The notes beneath the pieces are model-generated. The model saw only the letters and a program-made list of their open reading frames with translations, did not search any database and had not been told where the DNA came from. Below are positions 37,921 through 47,713 of a stretch of DNA of 55,931 nt, piece after piece (position 1 is the first letter of the stretch; every line of letters starts with the position of its first letter). The DNA comes from Bacillales bacterium UBA7642 (lineage in GTDB: Bacteria > Bacillota_I > Bacilli_A > RFN20 > CAG-288): positions 1 to 55,931 of the forward strand of contig DLIM01000025.1 in assembly GCA_002483745.1 (NCBI GenBank). Direction: 5' to 3'. The translations under genes and the position numbers were made by a program.

Positions 37921-38684
37921 TGGTTTTCTTATCATTCAATGTAAATTCTATCCGTGCCTATCTAAAGAAAGGCTTTGTTGATCAGATTGAAAAGCTTAAG
38001 CCTGACTTTTTAGGCATTGAAGAATTGAAGCTTACTGAGACTGAGCATAAGGATTTCCCTTATATGCCTGAAGCTTATACGCCTTATTGGAGTGTCTCCA
38101 AGATCAAGAAAGGCTATGCTGGAACAGCAATTCTAGCAAAGAAAAAGCCGATAAGTGTTAACTATGGCCTAATTGACCACAAATACGATGATGAAGGAAG
38201 AGCTATCACTCTTGAATACCCGAGCTTCTATTATGTGAATCTTTATGTCCCTAATTCCGGTGAAGAATTAAAGCGTCTAGATTTCAGAATGGGATTTGAA
38301 AGCGATCTCCGCAACTACTTAACTGCTTTAATGAAGAAAAAACCGGTAATTGTATCAGGTGATTTGAACGTTGCTAACGAGCCTATCGATTTAAAGAACC
38401 CGGATAGCAACCATCATTCAGCTGGCTTCACCGATGAAGAAAGAAGAGAGTTCAAGAAGCTTCTTTCTATTGGATTTGTCGATACTTTCAGAACTCTTCA
38501 CCCAGATGAAAAGAAATACTCCTATTGGTCATACAAACGTAACGCCAGGGCTACCAATGCCGGATGGAGAATCGATTACTTCTTAGTCAGCAAGGAAATA
38601 TTCCCTAAAGTGAAGAAATCAGAAATTCTTAATGACGTCGAAGGTTCTGATCACTGTCCTATTCTTTTAGATATAGATCTTTGA
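37920..38684 (+). CDS. xth: Exodeoxyribonuclease III (AP endonuclease)
   Basis: Contains SFNVNSIRA, GIEELK, SGDLNVA, WRIDYFLVS and SDHCPILLDI. It overlaps the aguB stop (TAATG). Confidence 0.92.
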   Translation: MVFLSFNVNSIRAYLKKGFVDQIEKLKPDFLGIEELKLTETEHKDFPYMPEAYTPYWSVSKIKKGYAGTAILAKKKPISVNYGLIDHKYDDEGRAITLEYPSFYYVNLYVPNSGEELKRLDFRMGFESDLRNYLTALMKKKPVIVSGDLNVANEPIDLKNPDSNHHSAGFTDEERREFKKLLSIGFVDTFRTLHPDEKKYSYWSYKRNARATNAGWRIDYFLVSKEIFPKVKKSEILNDVEGSDHCPILLDIDL

Positions 38685-38797
38685 TTCTTAGATTAAAATT
38701 TAGCTTAACTTCATTGTTTTTTTAGTAATATTAGAGTAACTTATATGTATCAATAGGAATCTTTCTATATTAGTGATGCCTTTTTTTGGAGGAGAGA

Positions 38798-39691
38798 ATG
38801 ACAAACAAATATCTCATTTTAACTGATGCCTGCTGTGATCTATCACGAGCTGACTTGGAAAAGAATGGTATTTTAGTTGTTCCGATGGAGTTTTCTTTAG
38901 GGAAAGAAGTCTTTCTGACTGCTCCTAATAAAGATCAGCTTCCTATTTCAGTCTTTTATGACAAAATAAGGAAAGGGGAAAGGGGTGGCTCTTCTCATAT
39001 TACTACCTCATCTTATATTAATTTCCTTCGTCCTTATCTAGAAGATGGCAATGACATCATCCTAGTAACAGTATCAAGTGCCTTAAGTTCTAATTTCTCC
39101 CATGCTTTCTCAGCTGTGAACGCTTTAATCAATGAATACCCTGAAAGAACTATTAAAGTCTTGGATTGTTTAAACATAGGTTCCGGAATGGATCTTATCT
39201 TAACCTATATGGCTGATAATAAAGCAAAAGGCCTAAGTATCATGGACAACTATCTTGATGTCTATGATAAAATAGCCTTCGTTCATACTTGGGTTTCCAT
39301 AAAAGATTACAAAAACATCAATCACCGGGCTTTATTAAGCTTACCCCATGACTTTTTAATGAAATCCTTCAAAATGAGGCCTATTCTTCATATCGATAAC
39401 TGTGGCAACATGGCTTTAGCTAATTCTGCAAAAACCTCCAAAGTTGCCATGGATTTGCTTTTTAACCATGTTAAAGCGACAATCATAGAACCCACAAAGC
39501 AAACTATCTTCATTACCTGTGATATCAATACTACTGATGCTTTAGCGCTTAAAACCCGTTTAACCTCTGAGCTTAAAGTCAAAGAAGTAAAGATTCTTTC
39601 TAGTTCACCTATTATCTGTCTTAACTCCGGACTGAACACTTTAACTATCAGTTATTTAGGGAAAATGAGAAAGATTAAGCGTCCTATCTAA
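38798..39691 (+). CDS. DegV-family fatty-acid-binding protein
   Basis: N-terminal YLILTDACCDL, about 297 aa. GGAGGAGAG precedes the ATG at 38798. Confidence 0.75.
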   Translation: MTNKYLILTDACCDLSRADLEKNGILVVPMEFSLGKEVFLTAPNKDQLPISVFYDKIRKGERGGSSHITTSSYINFLRPYLEDGNDIILVTVSSALSSNFSHAFSAVNALINEYPERTIKVLDCLNIGSGMDLILTYMADNKAKGLSIMDNYLDVYDKIAFVHTWVSIKDYKNINHRALLSLPHDFLMKSFKMRPILHIDNCGNMALANSAKTSKVAMDLLFNHVKATIIEPTKQTIFITCDINTTDALALKTRLTSELKVKEVKILSSSPIICLNSGLNTLTISYLGKMRKIKRPI

Positions 39692-39718
39692 AATTATTTA
39701 AATTAAGGAAAACCATAA

Positions 39719-41482
39719 ATGGATCAAAACAACAACACTGGTGCCCAAGCACCGAAAGTCAATTACGTTAGCGAAATCGGAAATTATCCGATCAAAGTCG
39801 TCGCTTTAGGCGGACTGGATGAGATGGGCAAGAACTGCTATGTCATCGAAGTCAACAATGATGTCTTCATTATCGAAGCAGGCTTGAAATACCCTAATGC
39901 TCAAATTCCTGGAGTCGATACTATTATTCCTGATTTTGACTATATCAGAGGAATAGCTAACCGTGTCAAAGCCATCATCATTACCCATGGCCACGATGAT
40001 CAATATGGAGCTTTACCCTACTTACTTAACATCTGCAATGCTCCTATCTATGCTACCGAAACCACTATTGCCATCATCAAAACCAGCTTAGCAAAGAAAT
40101 TTAGAAGAATCGATAATGCCAATTTTGTCAAAATAATGCCCAGTTCAACCATAACTATTTCCGGACATATCTTTGAATTATTCCAAACCACCCATAGTGT
40201 CGCCGAATCTTTCGGCTTTGCCTTAAAGACTGATTATGGAAATATTGTCTATACTTCTGATTTCATGTCCGATTATTCGCCTTTGAAAGGCTTCCAGTTC
40301 GATTTACCTAAGGTGGCCCGTCTTTCTGAAGGCGAAAAGACTTTCCTTTTGATGACCGAATCAGAAGCTGCTGATAAAGCAGGAATTGCTTCCCCTAACC
40401 ATAAGATCACTGATCAGATCAAGGAAATCATTGAAGATGCTTCTGGCAAAACCTTTATTTCTATCTACAGCCAGAACTTCTATAACATTCAGGAAGTCAT
40501 CAACTTAGCTAGAAGATTCCATAAGAAAATCTGCATTGCTAATCCTGAGCAGATTCCTTTCTTTGATGCCATGGCTAAAATCGGTGATATTGTTATCCCC
40601 GAATCCATGAGAATCACCCCTAATGAGATTCCTTTCAATAATCCTAACGATGTCATTGTCTTAGTCTCTGGCAATGGTGATTCCTTATTCAATTACAGCA
40701 AAGAAATCTGCTATGGCAATATTACCAACCTGAAAGTCAACACTAATGATACCTGGATTATTGCTTGTCCTTCAGTTCCCGGTACTGAGGTTGCTTATAC
40801 TGATGCTTCCGATACTATCTATAGAACTGACTGCCATGTCTTAGCTCTCACCAGAAAGAAAGTTTCTTCTATGCATGCTCAGCAGGAAGACTTAAAGATG
40901 ATGATTTCATTATTCCGCCCTAAATACTATATGCCGGTAAAAGGTGAATTCAGGCTTTTGATGGATAACGCCAAATTAGCCATTGATTTAGGTATTGGCT
41001 TAAATCACTTCAACACTTTCGTCTACGATAACGGCATGGCCTTAGCCTTCGACTATAATGGCAATGTCGTCAGGAAGATTATCAATGTCAAAAACGGTGA
41101 TGTTATGGTCGATGGGACCTCAGTCGGTGATGTCAAGGAAGCCGCTATAACTGAAAGAACCCAGATGGCTGATGGCGGAATCGTCTTAATCGGCTTGACT
41201 ATCTCTTCCAAGAAGAAAAAGATTGTCTCTTCGCCTGATATCCAGATGCGTGGATTCCTCTATCTCAAGGACAGTGAACCGGTTATCAACCAGGTTACTA
41301 ATATTCTCTTATCCCAAGTCAATTTTTGCCTCGATAGCGGCAAAAGAATCAATTGTCAGGAGATTGAAAAGAAAGTCTCCGAAAAGGTCTCACGTTTCAT
41401 CTTCAAGTCTACTTCAAAGGAGCCTTCCATTCTCTGCGAGATTCTCGACGTTGATACCCTTGAGAGTATTGACCCTCGCTAA
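39719..41482 (+). CDS. rnj: Ribonuclease J homologue with substituted second-site Zn ligands (J2-like)
   Basis: Collinear with B. subtilis RNase J1: LGGLDEMGKN, ITHGHDDQYGALPYLL (J1: ITHGHEDHIGGIPYLL), TTHSVAES, YTSDF, and PVKGEF (J1: PIHGEY). Confidence 0.85.
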   Translation: MDQNNNTGAQAPKVNYVSEIGNYPIKVVALGGLDEMGKNCYVIEVNNDVFIIEAGLKYPNAQIPGVDTIIPDFDYIRGIANRVKAIIITHGHDDQYGALPYLLNICNAPIYATETTIAIIKTSLAKKFRRIDNANFVKIMPSSTITISGHIFELFQTTHSVAESFGFALKTDYGNIVYTSDFMSDYSPLKGFQFDLPKVARLSEGEKTFLLMTESEAADKAGIASPNHKITDQIKEIIEDASGKTFISIYSQNFYNIQEVINLARRFHKKICIANPEQIPFFDAMAKIGDIVIPESMRITPNEIPFNNPNDVIVLVSGNGDSLFNYSKEICYGNITNLKVNTNDTWIIACPSVPGTEVAYTDASDTIYRTDCHVLALTRKKVSSMHAQQEDLKMMISLFRPKYYMPVKGEFRLLMDNAKLAIDLGIGLNHFNTFVYDNGMALAFDYNGNVVRKIINVKNGDVMVDGTSVGDVKEAAITERTQMADGGIVLIGLTISSKKKKIVSSPDIQMRGFLYLKDSEPVINQVTNILLSQVNFCLDSGKRINCQEIEKKVSEKVSRFIFKSTSKEPSILCEILDVDTLESIDPR

Positions 41483-41494
41483 AAAGCTTTGCAA

Positions 41495-41533
41495 CAAAAA
41501 AAGGTTACTGGAGATAATCCAATAACCTTTTTT
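41495..41533. terminator. Bidirectional terminator between rnj and deoC
   Basis: AAGGTTACTGGA / TCCAATAACCTT stem (one mismatch) is flanked by an A7 run and a T6 run. Confidence 0.7.
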
Positions 41534-41548
41534 AGTTTAAGAAATAGT

Positions 41549-42187
41549 CTACTTGATCAGCTCAACACCGTGAGAAGTACCAATACGGGTGGCCCCAGCC
41601 TTAATCATAGCAATCATGGTGTCCTTGTCTCTAATTCCACCGGCGGCTTTAACGCCCATATCCGGGCCAACCGTCTTTCTCATCAAAGCGACATCACTAA
41701 CAGTGGCTCCGCCTTTAGAGAAGCCAGTAGAAGTCTTAACAAAGTCAGCTCCGGCAGCTTTAGCTAGCTTGCAGGCTCTAACCTTTTCTTCATCGGTAAG
41801 TAAGCAGCATTCAATGATGACTTTCAATGTTAGATGTCCGCAGACCTTCTTTAACTCAGCAATTTCGGTCTCGACATATTTGTCATCGTGGTCTTTCAGT
41901 CTTCCGACATTGATGACCATATCAAGTTCCTGTGCGCCCTCAAAGATAGCTTCCTTAGCTTCGGAGATCTTAGCAGCCATCAAAGTAGCACCTAAAGGGA
42001 AACCAATGACAGTACAGACTTTAGTATCACTGCCTTTAAGAAGTCTAGCAGCTAAAGGTATATAGCAAGGGTTGATGCAGACAGAGGCAAAATGATTGTC
42101 TTTTGCTTCTTGGCAAAGCTTCTCAATGTCAGCTTTAGTAGCTTCTGGCTTTAAGTCAGTGTGGTCAATAAAACGATTATATTCCAT
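41549..42187 (-). CDS. deoC: Deoxyribose-phosphate aldolase
   Basis: 212 aa. Contains [22 protein letters not shown] and FVKTSTGF (Schiff-base Lys). Confidence 0.93.
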   Translation of the reverse strand: MEYNRFIDHTDLKPEATKADIEKLCQEAKDNHFASVCINPCYIPLAARLLKGSDTKVCTVIGFPLGATLMAAKISEAKEAIFEGAQELDMVINVGRLKDHDDKYVETEIAELKKVCGHLTLKVIIECCLLTDEEKVRACKLAKAAGADFVKTSTGFSKGGATVSDVALMRKTVGPDMGVKAAGGIRDKDTMIAMIKAGATRIGTSHGVELIK

Positions 42188-42246
42188 GGTATTACCATCC
42201 TTGACACTATTCTAGCAAAAATGTTTGTCTTTTTTAAGGGTAGCTA

Positions 42247-42276
42247 TTGAAAAAAGAGTGGTTTCTTTGCTATAAT
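42247..42276 (+). promoter_or_regulatory. Candidate promoter of rpsT
   Basis: TTGAAA - 18 nt - TATAAT, about 50 nt upstream of the rpsT ATG. Confidence 0.5.
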
Positions 42277-42327
42277 CCTAAGTCGCTGTTAAGATTTCTT
42301 AATATAGAGAAAGACAGGAGATATAAA

Positions 42328-42639
42328 ATGGCTAACATTAAGTCACAGAAAAAGAGAATTGAGATTGATGAGAGAAACAGACAGGCTCATGCTTCTTTCA
42401 AGAGTCAGATGAGAACTGCTGTCAAGAAAGTCAATGCTGCTATTGCCGCTAACGACAAGAAGGCTGCTACAGCTTTACTTCCTGAAGCTATTTCTTTAAT
42501 TGACAAGTCCGTTAAGATGGGAATCCAGAAGTCTAACACTGCTGCTAGACAGACCTCTTCTTTAATGGCTAAGGTCAATGCTTTAGACAAGAAGGCTGCT
42601 GAAGTCAAGCCTGAAGCTAAGGCTGCTGAAGCTAAGTAG
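42328..42639 (+). CDS. rpsT: 30S ribosomal protein S20
   Basis: MANIKSQKKRIEIDERNR... begins at the ATG at 42328 after AGGAG. The track ORF is extended upstream. Confidence 0.93.
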   Translation: MANIKSQKKRIEIDERNRQAHASFKSQMRTAVKKVNAAIAANDKKAATALLPEAISLIDKSVKMGIQKSNTAARQTSSLMAKVNALDKKAAEVKPEAKAAEAK

Positions 42640-42666
42640 TTTTAAATCTTTATTTTGTTATAAAAC

Positions 42667-42693
42667 AAAAAGGAGGATAATTCCTCCTTTTTT
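42667..42693. terminator. Bidirectional terminator between rpsT and holA
   Basis: AAAAAGGAGGA / TCCTCCTTTTT stem with a TAAT loop. Confidence 0.75.
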
Positions 42694-42707
42694 GGCGTGT
42701 TTTTGAA

Positions 42708-43712
42708 TTACTTATTAAGATAATTCTTATTAAATAAGGCAATGAAGAGTTCTAACCGATTATCAGCATCATCAAGACTGACTTTGACGTCCTCCTCGAT
42801 ATGGCCTAAATCATTAAGGATTCTTACAAAAGCATGGTAGGAGAAGCTTCTAGTGTCTTTTCTTGTGTAATATAGCCTTTTAGGATTGATTCTAACGCCT
42901 TTTCCTGATAGTTCTTTAGCTATTGAGTCATCCCCATAGCCCTCTTCTATCAAATACTTCACTAGGGCCATGAACCTAAACTGACTGACCATGGCTGGAA
43001 GAATACTCAGAGGGATGTTCCCGGCTTCCCTTAAGTCCTGATAAGTCTTTAAAGCTTTCTTGGTATCCCCTCTTACTAGAGAAGAGACGATTTCGAAGAT
43101 GTTGTCCTCCAGGGGTTTGATGACAAGCTTTGCCACCACGGAAATATCGACTTTGTCAGAATAAAGAAGGACTTTCTTGAGGTTATTGACAAAGGTCAGA
43201 TAGTCATTATTGCTTCTCTCATAGAGCATTAAGGCCGCATTCCTATCAATAGTCTTGTTTTGATCCTTAGCTTCTCTAAAAGCAAAGGAAACGTAGTCTT
43301 CTTCATTGAGAAGATAGCAATTATTAAAATCGGCGGCAATATCCTTTAAAGCCTGGACTAAAGAGTTTTTAGCACCTAAGGGACCATTAGCAACCATAAT
43401 CAAATCCGTATCCGGAGAAGGGTCTTTGATATAAGAGGCTAAGCCATCATAGTCCTGATCAGCTTCCTTGATGGAGCCTTTTTGAGTCTTAGGAGTCTCA
43501 GTAAGATAGTAGCAGTTAGTACAAAGAATGGTTTTACGGCCACCAAAAAGAGATAAGGACTGGCAGTCAGCGATTAAATCGCTGACAGAATCCTTATAGC
43601 CATCATATTTGATTAAATCATCAGGAAGCCGGCCTTCATTCCGGCTTAATAGCCTCTCTTTAGCCTTTGCTTCTGATAATCCTTCGTCAGGCCCAAAGAA
43701 AACTGAAATCAT
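42708..43712 (-). CDS. holA: DNA polymerase III delta subunit
   Basis: 334 aa. The N-terminal region with SLFGGRK and the helical C-terminal domains are typical of HolA. Assignment is from overall pattern only. Confidence 0.6.
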   Translation of the reverse strand: MISVFFGPDEGLSEAKAKERLLSRNEGRLPDDLIKYDGYKDSVSDLIADCQSLSLFGGRKTILCTNCYYLTETPKTQKGSIKEADQDYDGLASYIKDPSPDTDLIMVANGPLGAKNSLVQALKDIAADFNNCYLLNEEDYVSFAFREAKDQNKTIDRNAALMLYERSNNDYLTFVNNLKKVLLYSDKVDISVVAKLVIKPLEDNIFEIVSSLVRGDTKKALKTYQDLREAGNIPLSILPAMVSQFRFMALVKYLIEEGYGDDSIAKELSGKGVRINPKRLYYTRKDTRSFSYHAFVRILNDLGHIEEDVKVSLDDADNRLELFIALFNKNYLNK

Positions 43713-44218
43713 TTTTCAGAGATTTTTACTACGGTTTTAACTGGCTCATCAACAACAGTGGCTTTTTCAATGATGACAGGAGTTAACGGTCTATCGTCTC
43801 CATCTTTCTTGACGGAAGCTATTTTATCAACCACATCCATGCCTTCAACGACTTTGCCAAAGGAAGCATACTGCCCATCAAGGAAACTATCATCATGATC
43901 ACAGATAAAGAACTGACTTCCGGCAGAATCGGGATCATTAGTCCTAGCCATGGAGATGACGCCGCGTTTATGGGAAAGGGTATTCTTATGGTTATTGATA
44001 TTGAATTCACCGGCAATACTATATCCTGGTCCTCCAGCTCCCGTACCAGTAGGATCACCGCCTTGAATCATGAAGTTCTTAATGATGCGGTGGAAAACTA
44101 AGCCGTCATAGAAGCCATTCCTGGCTAATTCGACAAAATTAGCACAGGTATTGGGGGCTTTATCATAAGCTAACTCAATTTTAATATCTCCTAGTCCCTT
44201 AATAGTTAGGATAACCAT
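43709..44218 (-). CDS. ppiB: Cyclophilin-type peptidyl-prolyl cis-trans isomerase
   Basis: Contains FHRIIKNFMIQGGDPTGTGAGGPGY and SMARTNDPDSAGSQFFI. Confidence 0.93.
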   Translation of the reverse strand: MVILTIKGLGDIKIELAYDKAPNTCANFVELARNGFYDGLVFHRIIKNFMIQGGDPTGTGAGGPGYSIAGEFNINNHKNTLSHKRGVISMARTNDPDSAGSQFFICDHDDSFLDGQYASFGKVVEGMDVVDKIASVKKDGDDRPLTPVIIEKATVVDEPVKTVVKISEK

Positions 44219-44263
44219 GGGTTTTACCTCTTTTTTCTTTTACTATTATACCTTAATACGGCA

Positions 44264-44300
44264 TGAAAAAAGCCAGGCTTTTTATGACCTGGCTAAGTTT
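44264..44300 (-). terminator. Rho-independent terminator of gpmA
   Basis: AGCCAGG / CCTGGCT stem followed by TTTTTTC on the minus strand. Confidence 0.6.
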
Positions 44301-44301
44301 T

Positions 44302-45060
44302 TTACTTCTTCTTGATGCTGTCTTGATTCTTAACAGCATTGATCTTAGCTTCAATAGCACTCTGATCGCCAAGATAGTAGTGCTTAATAGGCTTAAGATC
44401 TTCATCAAGCTCATAGACTAGCGGTACGCCGGTAGGAATGTTTAAACCGGCAATATCGGCATCGGAGATATTATCAAGATACTTGACTAAAGCTCTTAAA
44501 GAGTTGCCATGGGCAGCGATTAAGACCTTCTTGCCAGCCTTGATCTGGGGAACGATAACGGAATTGTAGTAAGGAACAACACGGGCAATAGTATCCTTTA
44601 AGGATTCATGAAGCGGAAGCTCCTTAGGATCAATGCCCTTATACATTTCCTGATTAGCAGGATTACGCTTATCTTCAGAATCAAGAGCCGGAGGAGCGAT
44701 ATCAAAGCTTCTTCTCCACTGATGAACCTGCTCAGCACCATACTTAGCAGCAGTATCAGCTTTGTTCAAGCCCTGTAAAGCACCGTAATGTCTCTCATTG
44801 AGATGATAATCCTTAATGACAGGAAGATAATCCTGATCAATACCATCAAGGATATGCCAGGCAGTATGAATAGCTCTCTTTAAGACAGAAGTATAGACCA
44901 CATCGAACTTATAGTTGTCTTGAGCTAAAAGCTTACCAGCATTGATAGCTTCGTTAAGACCCTTCTCGGAAAGCTCGACATCAGTCCAGCCAGTGAAGTA
45001 ATTGAGTTTGTTCCACTCACTCTCACCATGACGGACTAAAACTAATTTGATTGTGCTCAT
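44302..45060 (-). CDS. gpmA: 2,3-bisphosphoglycerate-dependent phosphoglycerate mutase
   Basis: The ATG at 45060 follows GGAGG. Contains [21 protein letters not shown] and [10 protein letters not shown]. Confidence 0.93.
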   Translation of the reverse strand: MSTIKLVLVRHGESEWNKLNYFTGWTDVELSEKGLNEAINAGKLLAQDNYKFDVVYTSVLKRAIHTAWHILDGIDQDYLPVIKDYHLNERHYGALQGLNKADTAAKYGAEQVHQWRRSFDIAPPALDSEDKRNPANQEMYKGIDPKELPLHESLKDTIARVVPYYNSVIVPQIKAGKKVLIAAHGNSLRALVKYLDNISDADIAGLNIPTGVPLVYELDEDLKPIKHYYLGDQSAIEAKINAVKNQDSIKKK

Positions 45061-45122
45061 TTTGTCCTCCAATAATGACATGAACATTATAGACTCTTAA
45101 ACGCCTTTTTTGTAGTAGAAGA

Positions 45123-45755
45123 CTACAAGTTTTTATACATGATTATTTCAATCTGCTTAGTGATATCACGGCACTTATCAGTAACATACTCAAACATGCC
45201 ATAGACATCTTCGCCTACAACGGTAGCATGGCTATTAGAATCACCGTTTCTCAAGTAGAGAGCATGGACATTCTGCTCATAAAGATGATCGGTCTGCTCC
45301 TCAATGTTTCTGACTTTCTCAATAAGAGGATCCATAATCTTCTTATTAGTTAAGTTGCCCAGATTCTTAACCACTTCATTTACTGCCACGACGCATTGAT
45401 AGGCGACATCAACGAATAAACCGGTCTTTTCAGGTAAATCAGTGTAGTTTCTGACATAGATCTTATAAGAGATTTCATCAATAGAGTCAGTCAAGTCATC
45501 GATAGCATCCAAAAGCAGGAAAATATCTTCCCTATCGATTGGAGTCATAAACTCCTTAGCCAGTCTTTCTTCAGTCTCATGCTTGATGTCATCAGCTTCA
45601 TGTTCAATGGCATGGACGGAATTCTTTAGGTCTAATGAGGAAGTATCAGGAAAGTTAAGAATACCTTTCTTGAGTTCTTCCATTGCCCTCAAAGAATAAG
45701 AGATGACTAAACCGAACTGCTCGAAGAAGTAATTAGGCTTCTGTTTACCGAACAT
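45123..45755 (-). CDS. DUF47-family (PhoU-like) phosphate transport regulator
   Basis: A 210-aa helical protein immediately downstream of the PiT transporter gene in the same operon; this DUF47-PiT pairing is the classical arrangement. Confidence 0.7.
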   Translation of the reverse strand: MFGKQKPNYFFEQFGLVISYSLRAMEELKKGILNFPDTSSLDLKNSVHAIEHEADDIKHETEERLAKEFMTPIDREDIFLLLDAIDDLTDSIDEISYKIYVRNYTDLPEKTGLFVDVAYQCVVAVNEVVKNLGNLTNKKIMDPLIEKVRNIEEQTDHLYEQNVHALYLRNGDSNSHATVVGEDVYGMFEYVTDKCRDITKQIEIIMYKNL

Positions 45756-45771
45756 AATAACGTCCTCCTAT

Positions 45772-46977
45772 TTATCTAATGCCTGGAATGGCAAATAACA
45801 AAAGCGTCATAAGGAAACCGATAAGGATACAGCCAGGGAAGGTAAAGACCCAAGTCAAAACCATATCGATAGCAACACGCCAGTTGACAGCCTTCGTGCC
45901 TTTAGTTAAACCCACGCCAATGATAGAGCAGGTTTTAACTTGGCTAGTACTGACCGGCCATCCACATAAAGAAGAAACCATTAAAGCTATAAAAGCTGAT
46001 ATATCAGTAGCAAATCCCTGATATGGCTCTAAATCAACCATACCCATGCCAACCTTTTTAATAATACGGTAGCCGCCAATTGAGGTGCCTAAGCCCATAA
46101 CGATAGAAACTAGAACAGGAAGCCAAAGGAATTCAGGTGCCTGAAGGAATTCCATAATGAATCCGGAAGAATTCGGATCGGCTAAAGCAACGATATTAGA
46201 GCTAGGGAAGGCTTTAGTGCCAAGGAACAAAACCAGATAAATGACACCGACAAATTTCAAGCCATCCTGAGCGCCATGGGCAAAAGCCATTCCGGCCGCG
46301 GAGATAATCTGCGACCACTTAAAGAACTTAGTGGTCTTTCTTCTTACTATATTCTTGCAGATTCGCTCAATAAGCTTAGTAATCAAAAAGCCTAAGATTA
46401 AGCCCACAACTGAGGATATAGCAAAGCCAATACCGACATTAGTCCAAGAAGAAGCACCAGGAGACACGTTATATCCTAAAGCCATCATAGCAAAGCAAGC
46501 ACCGGTTAATCCGGCTACTAGGGCATGTGATTCAGAGCTAGGCATACCAAAAACCCAAGCTAGAACGCCCCAGGCCACTACGCCAATCATACCGGCTGAT
46601 AGACCAATCAAAGCATTCTTAGCATTAGTGATGACTTGCTCAGAAGAAACAGTTGAGCTTTCAGTAAGCGAACCAAAATCCACAATACCGGCAATGGATT
46701 CTGCCACACTTGCGGCAAAGAGGGAAAAGACCATAACACCAATAAAATTAAAAAAGGCGGCCATAATAATGGCTTTCTTTGGAGATATGGCACGAGTTGA
46801 GATACAAGTGGCTACCGAATTTGGAGCATCAGTCCAGCCATTGATGAAGACAACTGCTAAAGCTAATAAAACAGTAATAACAATCAGAGGACTTTGAGAA
46901 AGGAGTTCAAAAAACTGCTTGAGACTAACGCCTTGAAAGCTGGTTTCCAACACTAAGGGAATTGATGTGAATCCCAT
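45772..46977 (-). CDS. pit: PiT-family inorganic phosphate transporter
   Basis: Contains NGWTDAPNSVAT and FAHGAQDG, the signature repeats of the PHO4/PiT family. Confidence 0.88.
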   Translation of the reverse strand: MGFTSIPLVLETSFQGVSLKQFFELLSQSPLIVITVLLALAVVFINGWTDAPNSVATCISTRAISPKKAIIMAAFFNFIGVMVFSLFAASVAESIAGIVDFGSLTESSTVSSEQVITNAKNALIGLSAGMIGVVAWGVLAWVFGMPSSESHALVAGLTGACFAMMALGYNVSPGASSWTNVGIGFAISSVVGLILGFLITKLIERICKNIVRRKTTKFFKWSQIISAAGMAFAHGAQDGLKFVGVIYLVLFLGTKAFPSSNIVALADPNSSGFIMEFLQAPEFLWLPVLVSIVMGLGTSIGGYRIIKKVGMGMVDLEPYQGFATDISAFIALMVSSLCGWPVSTSQVKTCSIIGVGLTKGTKAVNWRVAIDMVLTWVFTFPGCILIGFLMTLLLFAIPGIR

Positions 46978-47184
46978 TTTAACCTCGTTGTTTTTTAGGT
47001 TCTAATAAATATTATCTTTTTAATATATAGCAAAAAATATCCTAAAGATAGGTAAATTTTCATTAGTAGGGTTTCCAAATTTTAAAAATAATTTAAAAAA
47101 GTTAAGATAAAGTGCTTTCATATATATAAATTTTAATAAGAAATAGCAGTTAATAATCGATAAATTCAGAATTGCAAAACGCTT

Positions 47185-47218
47185 ACAAAAAATCCCTCAG
47201 TTTATAAAAGACTGAGGG
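47185..47218 (-). terminator. Orphan minus-strand rho-independent terminator with no annotated gene upstream
   Basis: Perfect 8-bp stem CCCTCAGT / ACTGAGGG. On the minus strand it is followed by ATTTTTTGT. Confidence 0.6.
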
Positions 47219-47713
47219 TGCATTAAAAAGTGGAATTTAATTATCAATTTAGGGCCAAATAATGAAAACAATACTAATGACAAGGGATTGTCATTTAGAT
47301 TTCAAATTATTTGTCTAATTGAATATACGCTTATTTTTTCAATATTTAAAGTATTCACAATGATTTATTTCCTTTTTTTAGTAATTATTAACATATTTTA
47401 AGCTTTGTCTAAACTAATAGTTTACTTTATAAATTGTTTTTAAGTTATAATAAGATAAATAAAATATTTTTTTCTATAATTGTAAAAAATAATATTGGCG
47501 TATATTTATGGTTAAGCCAAAACTTCCTATTTTTCAAATGTAAATTGATTTTCCACAATTTCTTTACAAAATTCTTTTCTTTGAAAAGTAAAAGACTTGT
47601 TGATATTGACCATTCCTTGGTCTTAAAATAATCAAGTAAAGGAATTCTTTACTCAACTAATTGTATTAGATGAAAATTATTTATTGATTCAAGTTTTAGC
47701 TAGAGGGGAACTT

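Noticed and set aside
41589-42065. A 158-aa plus-strand ORF inside deoC, and a 92-aa ORF at 41489-41767
   Set aside because: They are antisense to the clearly identifiable deoC gene, and the second one spans the rnj/deoC bidirectional terminator.
46331-46897. A 188-aa plus-strand ORF inside the PiT transporter gene
   Set aside because: It is an antisense shadow ORF of a conserved transporter with signature PiT repeats.
47434-47631. A 65-aa ORF in the AT-rich intergenic region
   Set aside because: It has extreme AT content, a Phe/Lys/Asn/Ile-rich translation, no RBS, and overlaps the predicted oxidoreductase promoter. It is most likely non-coding.
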